A stretch of 64,000 nucleotides of DNA from Dudresnaya verticillata (Eukaryota). The position numbers were made by a program, and so were the translations under genes. Below the pieces are notes generated by a model that had not been told where the DNA came from, ran no database searches, and worked only from the letters and a program-made list of their open reading frames with translations. The stretch covers positions 1,860,001 through 1,924,000 of the forward strand of contig OZ374564.1 of NCBI GenBank assembly GCA_977862235.1, read 5' to 3'. Below are positions 57,001 through 64,000 of this stretch, piece by piece (the stretch's first letter is position 1; each line of letters begins with the position of its first letter).

Positions 57001-60000
57001 ATGACGGAGCCCCTAGACACCGTGGATACCAGTCTCTATCACATTGAGCGTCTTAACTCTACCAACTACTACCGCTGGTCCCGCAAGGTCGAACTGGTTC
57101 TCCGCGGCAAAGGTCTTTGGACAATCGTCAGTGGATCTGAACTCACACCCGAAGACCCTATCGAGCAGGCCAAGTACCTCCGCCGGCGCGATTCGGCGTT
57201 GAGCAACATTCTCCTCACTATTGATGATTCCTGTAATGCTGCCGTCATTGACCTCCGAGACCCGACCGAAGTCTGGACACAACTACAGACTACCTACCAG
57301 GCTATCTCCGAAGCGTCAGTCGACAAATACCTCGAGCAGTACCAGGTTCTCAAGATGAGGACCGACGAGAAAATCGTCCAGTATGTCAACCGCCTTCGGG
57401 AACTCGAGAGCAAATTGTCCGGTGTCGGACACACTGTTTCCGAAAGTGACAAGAAGCGAGCCCTGCTTCGCGGCTTGACCGAGGACTACAGTGTTCATGT
57501 GCAAGTCATCCGTGCCATGAAACACGACCGTCAAGTTGCAATTGGCATGCTTGTCACTCACGAGATGTCATTGCCGCCTCGTGACACCGATATGTCCTCC
57601 GCGGAAGACTCCACCGCCCTTTCTGCTCAAAATGCCAAGAAATGTACCCACTGCGGTCAAAAGGGGCACATCAAGTCGGAATGTTTCCACAACCCCGAGA
57701 GTCCGATGTATCGCCCCAACCCCACCCATCGGGGTAACCACGACACGTATAGCACTCTTCGAACCCGTGGTTCGCATTCAAGGAGTTATGGAAGATCTCG
57801 TGACAAACGAAGCGACAAGGACGACACCTCTGAAGACGTAGGCTCGAGCTACATCACCTTTATTGCTACATGCCTCACCTCTCGATCCGGCTCTGCGCTA
57901 AAGCTTAAGGACAAGTGGTTCCTCGATTCCGGGGCCACTTCAAACATGTGCAACAACGAAACGTTCTTCAAAGATCTAAGCTCAAATGGAACAGACACCT
58001 CGGTTTCCGTCGGAGATGGAACCCAGACTCAAGTCAAAGGTGTAGGCACAGTTCGAGGTCGTGCGAAGTTTGATGGCATGACCCAGTCCGTTCGTATGCA
58101 GGACACACTTTTCATCCCTGATCTCATGTGCAACCTCATCTCTGTGAGCAAGCTCCGCCGTGCCGGTTTCAGAATCCACTTTGACACTGATAACCAGGGA
58201 AACGGAATCTGTGTCGTTTCCCGTGCTGGCACTTCAGGAATCTTCCTCAAAGGAACCGAGCGGTCTGACGGGCTTTATGAAATCGACATGCTGCCTGAAG
58301 ACCTCGCTCTACTCACGAAGGAAGAAGAACAAGACCTCTGGCATGCCCGTCTTGGACATGCGAGCAAAGGGACCATTGAAAAGACTATCCCCATCGTCAA
58401 CGGCATCTCGCTCAAGCATTGTACCAAGATTTCTATCTGCGAACCATGCCAGACCGGTAAGTCCACTCGCGACTCCCGCCCGCCCTCGCGCCCTGACAAT
58501 TTAAAACCCCTAGACCTTGTCCACGCAGATATCATCGGACCCGTGAGAGACCCTTCCCTCAACGGGTCTCGCTACTGTATCCCATTGTATGATGACGCTA
58601 GCGCGCTGTCTCTCGTTCGCTTCATTAAATCAAAGAAGCCCCTCGAACTGGAGACAATCTTCCGTGGCAATGTCAAGCGCATTACCGTCCGCCGTCTTCG
58701 CACAGACAACGGTAAAGAATTCCTCTCCGGAGCCTTCAAAAAATGGCTCGCCGACAAAGGTATCATCCATGAACGCAGTGCTCCGTACTCTCCGGAATCT
58801 AATGGAAATGCCGAACGCCTCAACCGCACCCTCATGGACATGGCACGTACACTCTTACAGGAGGTTTCCCATCTCAAGTGTCATGACCGTTTATGGGCTC
58901 AAGCCATGCACACCGCGAACTACATCCGCAACCGGCTCTTCACGACTGCTTGCAACGACCCTGACAAGACGCCGTACGAAGTCATTGTTGGAGAGCGCCC
59001 TGATATTTCTCACTTTCGCGCTTTCGGCGCGGTCTCCTACGTGCACGTCCCGAAGCCACGGCGCTCTGGAAAGTTCGTTGCGCGTGCAAAGAAGGGGGTT
59101 CTGGTCGGCTATGATAGCGGGAAAAGCTACAAGGTCTACATTCCGACTGAGAACAAAGTAATCACCTCCCGAGATTTCACTTTCGATGAAACACAACGCT
59201 ATGGTCAGTCTCGCTCTGATCGTGCCGCTACCTTCAAGTCTGGACGACCCTCTAACGTTTCCTTCAACGTGGATGAGGATGATGATGACTGCCCTTCTCT
59301 CCTTGGCAGTGAAGAAGACAGCGCCTCCGAGACAACGGATGACGATTCCAGTGATGAAACCGATTCTGACGACGACTCTGACGATTCTTCGGGCGACGAC
59401 GAAGACAATTTCCATGATGTGCAGGATAATCCATCTCCCGCACACAATCCGGACGATGTCACCCATTTTCCCAATGCCACGCGCTCCGGTCGCATCTCGA
59501 AGCCGCCTACGCGCTACACGGACCTCACCGACATCGCTCAAAACGTCCGCCTCGGAAATGATGACAGTACTGTGCCAACGACATACAGTGAGGCTGTCAA
59601 GGGACCTCACGCACCTGAGTGGCAAGATGCCATGCAGAACGAGATCGATGAGCTCAACCAAAATGGAGCTTGGGTTCTCGAAGCACGACCATCCAGCATC
59701 CAGCCAGTCAAGAACAAGTGGGTCTACATGAACAAGTTCGATGCTGCAAGTCTTCTCACTCGTCGTCGGGCGCGTCTCGTGGCGAAAGGCTTTACGCAAA
59801 AACACGGCATTGACTAAAACGAGACTTTCGCTCCTGTTGCAAGGTACTCCACGCTGTGCTTCATCCTGGCTCTCGCAACTGATGAGGAGTTGGCTCTTCT
59901 GCAGTTGGATGTCAAGGCAGCCTTCCTGAACGGCGAACTCGATGAAACCATCTACATGGAGCAACCAGAAGGATTTGTAGACCCTTCAAGATCTAAGTGG

Positions 60001-61158
60001 GTCTATCGTCTGCTCAAGGCCCTGTATGGTTTGAAACAAGCATCCCGGGCCTGGCATCGCGTCGTGGATAGGCTTCTTACCTCTTTGGGGTTTACCAAAT
60101 CGAAATCCGATTCCACTCTCTACATCCTCCACATTCGCAACAAAACGATTTACCTGCTTGTCTACGTCGATGACATGCTGCTTGCTGGTCCATCTCGCCG
60201 CGATCTTACCACAGTCGCCAACCGCATCGCCGCACATGTATCAATTCGAGTCGAAGATGATGTATCGAAGTTCCTAGGAATCATCATCGAACGAAATCTC
60301 CAGCTCAGCACGTTGAAGATCCACAGTGCCCTGATGATTGATCAGCTCACCGAGAAGTTTGGAATGTCACAGTGCCGTACAGCAGACGTCCCGATCCCTC
60401 CGGGGATGGTCTTAGATTCTCCACCTCTACTACAGTCTCGGGACGAGGGGGAGTACCGGCGCATGCAGTTCGTGCCATACCGCGAACTAGTCGGCGCATT
60501 ACTTCACTTGGCCAACACGACCCGCCCCGACATCGCTTTCGCCACCTCTTTCCTTGCCCGGTTTATGCAGGATCTCCTGGTGATGCACTGGAAAGCGGCC
60601 AAACAGGTGTTGCGCTATCTGAAGAAGACAAGGGACCTAGGCATTGTGTATCATCGCGCCGCTAGACAGGGAACAACTCTCCTGGGCTACACTGACTCCG
60701 ATTTCGCAGCTGACCGCATCGAGCGCAAGTCAGTGAGTGGCTTCGTTTATCTCTTTTCTGGTGGAGCTATCTCTTGGCGATGTAAGAAACAGGATTTGGT
60801 AGCACAGTCTACAGTAGAGGCTGAGTATATCGCCCTGTCCTACGCAGTTCGAGAAGCCATCTGGCTACGCCGGATGCTTGCCGAGTTTGACTGCACTTCG
60901 CCTAGTAGCATTGACGTGCTAATTCGGGGCGACAATCAGGGAGCCTTAGAGCTGGCGAAGAACGATGTATGCAACGACCGCTCCAAGCACATCGATGTCA
61001 AGTATCATTTTCTTCGGGACCATGTTCGCAATGGAACCATCAAGCTGCTGGACGTGCCTACGAACGAGATGGTTGCCGACATCATGACGAAGTCTCTCAA
61101 CGCGAAGAAGCACACCCACTTTGTCCAAGACATGGGCCTACGCGAAACAGACGCTTGA
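57001..61158 (+). pseudogene. Copia gag-pol polyprotein (gag-PR-IN-RT-RH) with a single in-frame TAA at 59815-59817
   Basis: CTHCGQKGHIKSEC; WFLDSGATSNM; LWHARLGH..CEPC; HADIIGP, TDNGKEF, NAER; YVDD; GYTDSD; ADIMTK. The two ORF-track pieces are in the same frame. Confidence 0.95.
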
Positions 61159-64000
61159 GGATGAGGGGGAGTGTCAAAAGCAGTAACAACTGCAGTGCGT
61201 CCTCAATCGAGATGCACACGAATTTGGCCTTCACCAAATTCGGAGGTAACCAAATGTAGGAGTTACCCTTTGTATTATTGAAGCTTTAGAGAGTTTGGCT
61301 ACCCACGAGTAGTATAAGTTACCTCGCATATTGAAGTGAATAGAGGTAGACACAAGTAAACAACCAAGCCAACTTCTCAACTCTCAACAGTATTCCGTAT
61401 CGGATGTACACTACGAGCCGCAAGGGGATCTTTCTGCTACGGATAATCAAGTGCTAGTAATCGAGGGAGGTCACGGTGCCGCTACGGGAACAAGTACGGG
61501 GGTTACCTTTTCAACCCCGTACTCTTCACCCCCGCAAAGCGTCCACCCTAAACCGCCAAGGATGCCACGCGCGCAAGGGCCCCCTATGGTGGATCTCGCC
61601 CGGCTCCTGGCCCTCAACAGCAGCCGAGTCACCGTTACGGAAATAATGCCGACGAGGGGCGAGGACAGCAGGAACCAGCATCTCCGCGATGGGATGAGTC
61701 GGATCCTCGGGTCCGACGCCTTTGCGGAAGTGGCAATTGCCGCATTTGTCTTTCCGCAGAACATGTCGTTTGCCCGTGGATAAGCGAAGCCGATCGGGTT
61801 AAGCTTATGGAAGAGCGTGAGCGCAACTTCCAGAGGCACTACCCTGTAGGCCGCAGGTTTGTCGTGGGAACCAGTTTGAATCCGCAAGGGAATCGGGGCA
61901 AGTCGCAAACGCCCCCTCCGCAACGGAATGCCCCAATATTATCGGTGGAGGACCATGACGGAGTGGAATACGCGGAATTGCGCGAGCCCATGGAGGCGGA
62001 TCCGACTGGTGCACCCTTGATTTCGGAAAACGCAAGGGGGTACGCGTAAGGGCGCCGCCATCCCCGCCTCACGGCGTTCCACCTCTCGTGAGTGTGGACT
62101 CGCCCGGGGATCGGTGAAATACCGTTACGGAACCCCCATTGGCTTTTCAGACCAATGATCCTATATGTGTTATGCACCAAAAAGATTATAAGATTCAAAT
62201 TACCGTGGGACGGACAGATAGCGTGATGCTTCCTGTAACCTGCGTATTGGAATCTGGCGCGGGGCCAAATCTCAAGTAGTGCCAGGCGACTTCCCCGTCA
62301 ATGGCTACCCCTCATTCGCCCCGCCACCAGTCCTCCGCTACGGGATGCATCTAATCGCGCTATCCGCCCCTTGGTCAGATGCAACTTTTCGTCCGCATCG
62401 GAGAGCTCCGTGCTCGCGTCCACTTCCTCGTGGTCGCGAACTTAGCTGCTCCGTGTATCTTGGGGACTACCTTCATCGACCGCTATGTAAAGGCCATCCT
62501 TCCCCCGTTACGGAAAGTTGTTTTTCACCATTACCCCCCGGTATCCCCTGTTGGTCAAGCCAAAATTCCGAAGACGGGTACCGCCGCAACCCTACAGCCC
62601 TCATCTTTATCCACCGCTACGTTTTCTCAGAAAATTCGTTTAGGAAGATCTACCCCTATTTCCCCTATGACTCAATCCTCCGTAACGGTTAATACCCCAC
62701 GGGTGGGTTATGTTTTCTACAAAATCATCCTAAGCCGGCTTTTAAGCACCTGACGTTAATGGCTAATGATATTATGGATGTTGTACCTAACAAACCGTTT
62801 CGGATCTGGGTCTCTAATTTTTCTAACAAGCCGGTACGGTTGCCCAAATCCACTGCCGTGGGCCTCGCTACTGCTGTCCCTTCTTCTATTTTTACCGTTG
62901 ACGGTATACCTCCATCTAAGGAGGGGGAGGAATTATTCAATCATTTAATTCTAACCTTACCTCCTAAAAGGCCAGCAGCATCTCCCCTCACGGCAATGAA
63001 GTAAGCAAACCCGTAACGGAAACTACAAATACTACCGACTGGAAGGATCAAGTCCAGATCGTTACAGAAGAAGCATCGCTCCGTAAACGGATTTTGACCG
63101 TACTCGAAGAATACAAGTCGATGTGGAGTGGCGCTCTTGGCAACATTGCAGCTGCCAAGCACCGCATCGAGTTAACTCCCGGAGCTAAGCCAGTATATCA
63201 GGCCCCATAATGTGCCGGACATAAGCAGCGAGACCTCTAAAAGACAGAGATCGATCGCATGCTTTCCGCTAAGGTAATTGAGCCAGCCTCATCGGAGTGG
63301 GCTAGTCCCGTGGTTTTCGTTCCAAAAAAGGACGGCACCATCCGGTTCTGTGTTTACTATAGAAGGCTCAATTCCGCAACGTTTAGGGACTCATATCCAT
63401 TGCCCCGGATGGATCAGTGCATAGATTCCCTTGGGGAAGCTACTGTATTTACCACTCTGCATTGCAATAGCGGGTATTGGCAAGTTGAGATTCCGGAAGA
63501 GGAAAGGGACAAAACTACCTTCACTAGCCATTTTGGCTTATAACATTTTCGGAGAATGCCATTCGGATTGAGGAACGCACCGGCAACCTTCCAACGGACA
63601 GTGGATATAATATTTTCTACGGTTAAATGGCAATTTGCCTTCGTCTACCTAGACGATGTAATTGTCTACTCAAAAACCGTTACGGAACATTTCCACCACC
63701 TGAAGGAAGTCCTTACGCTTTTACGATCTGCTGGGGTAACGTTGAAGTTGTCAAAGTGTGACTTCTTCAACGCGTCTGTACAATACCTGGGGCATGTTAT
63801 GCGTCCTGGAAAATTAGAAGTGGATAATCTGAATATCCAACTACTTAAGGTTGCGAAGCCACCGACTAACCAAACGGAATTGCGATCCTTCTTGGGAATG
63901 TGCAACGTGTATCGTCGCTTTGCACCCAACTTCGCCCGGATTTCAGCTCCGCTGAATACGAAAACCGGCAAGGGCTCACCCTTTGAGTTTGGTATATTGT

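Larger units (their letters stand above)
56707..61389 (+). mobile_element. Ty1/copia LTR retrotransposon (element E), full length
   Basis: 218-bp LTRs at 56707-56924 and 61172-61389 (5 differences counted); TSD GTATT at 56702-56706 and 61390-61394; PBS GGTTATGGGCCCAG; PPT GAGGATGAGGGGGAG. Confidence 0.97.
54260..64000 (+). mobile_element. Ty3/gypsy element D, heavily decayed, runs off the window and is split by a copia element
   Basis: LTR ends CACCACA at 54734 (start uncertain: TGTACA 54260 or TGTAAG 53763); PBS at 54740-54757; gag remnants at 54883-56706 and 61395-62049 (FDGTDPITVLGFLAKFRDGC); protease ~62240; RT from ~63120 (YLDD) with many stops. Confidence 0.88.

Noticed and set aside
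58891..59964. 357-aa antisense ORF within the copia element
   Set aside because: It lies entirely opposite pol codons, as expected of an antisense shadow, unlike the stand-alone antisense ORFs of A and B.

Overview
Eukaryotic genomic DNA. The genes have no introns, and the gene set (NB-ARC+WD40, secreted AA15-type LPMO, bacterial-type Cfa, CK1 paralogues) suggests a red alga such as a florideophyte; that assignment is an inference. Bases 1-30,270 are gene-containing: an NLR-like NB-ARC/WD40 gene head-to-head with an orphan ORF, an orphan gene, an F-box gene between two copies of a ~380-bp repeat, a LPMO, a cyclopropane fatty-acid synthase, a possible BTB pseudogene, and three casein-kinase-1-like loci, two of them in a near-identical 2.67-kb duplication. 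Bases 30,271-64,000 are a nested retroelement stack that resolves by target-site duplications (TSDs). A 5'-truncated RLE/CRE-like LINE is split by Ty3/gypsy chromovirus B (31600-52706, minus strand, TSD TCGTC). B carries chromovirus A in its 3' LTR (31763-43441, TSD ACTGG) and an inverted solo LTR of its own family (44202-44718, TSD CCAAG). A decayed gypsy element D (~54 kb to window end) is split by a Ty1/copia element (56707-61389, TSD GTATT). Most notable: (i) element D carries 15 exact copies of the palindromic 9-mer CCGT(T/A)ACGG spread through LTR, gag and pol in different codon phases; (ii) A and B each carry a ~380-390-codon antisense ORF downstream of pol with its own AATAAA; (iii) A, B and D share an identical 18-nt primer-binding site that looks like tRNA-Tyr.
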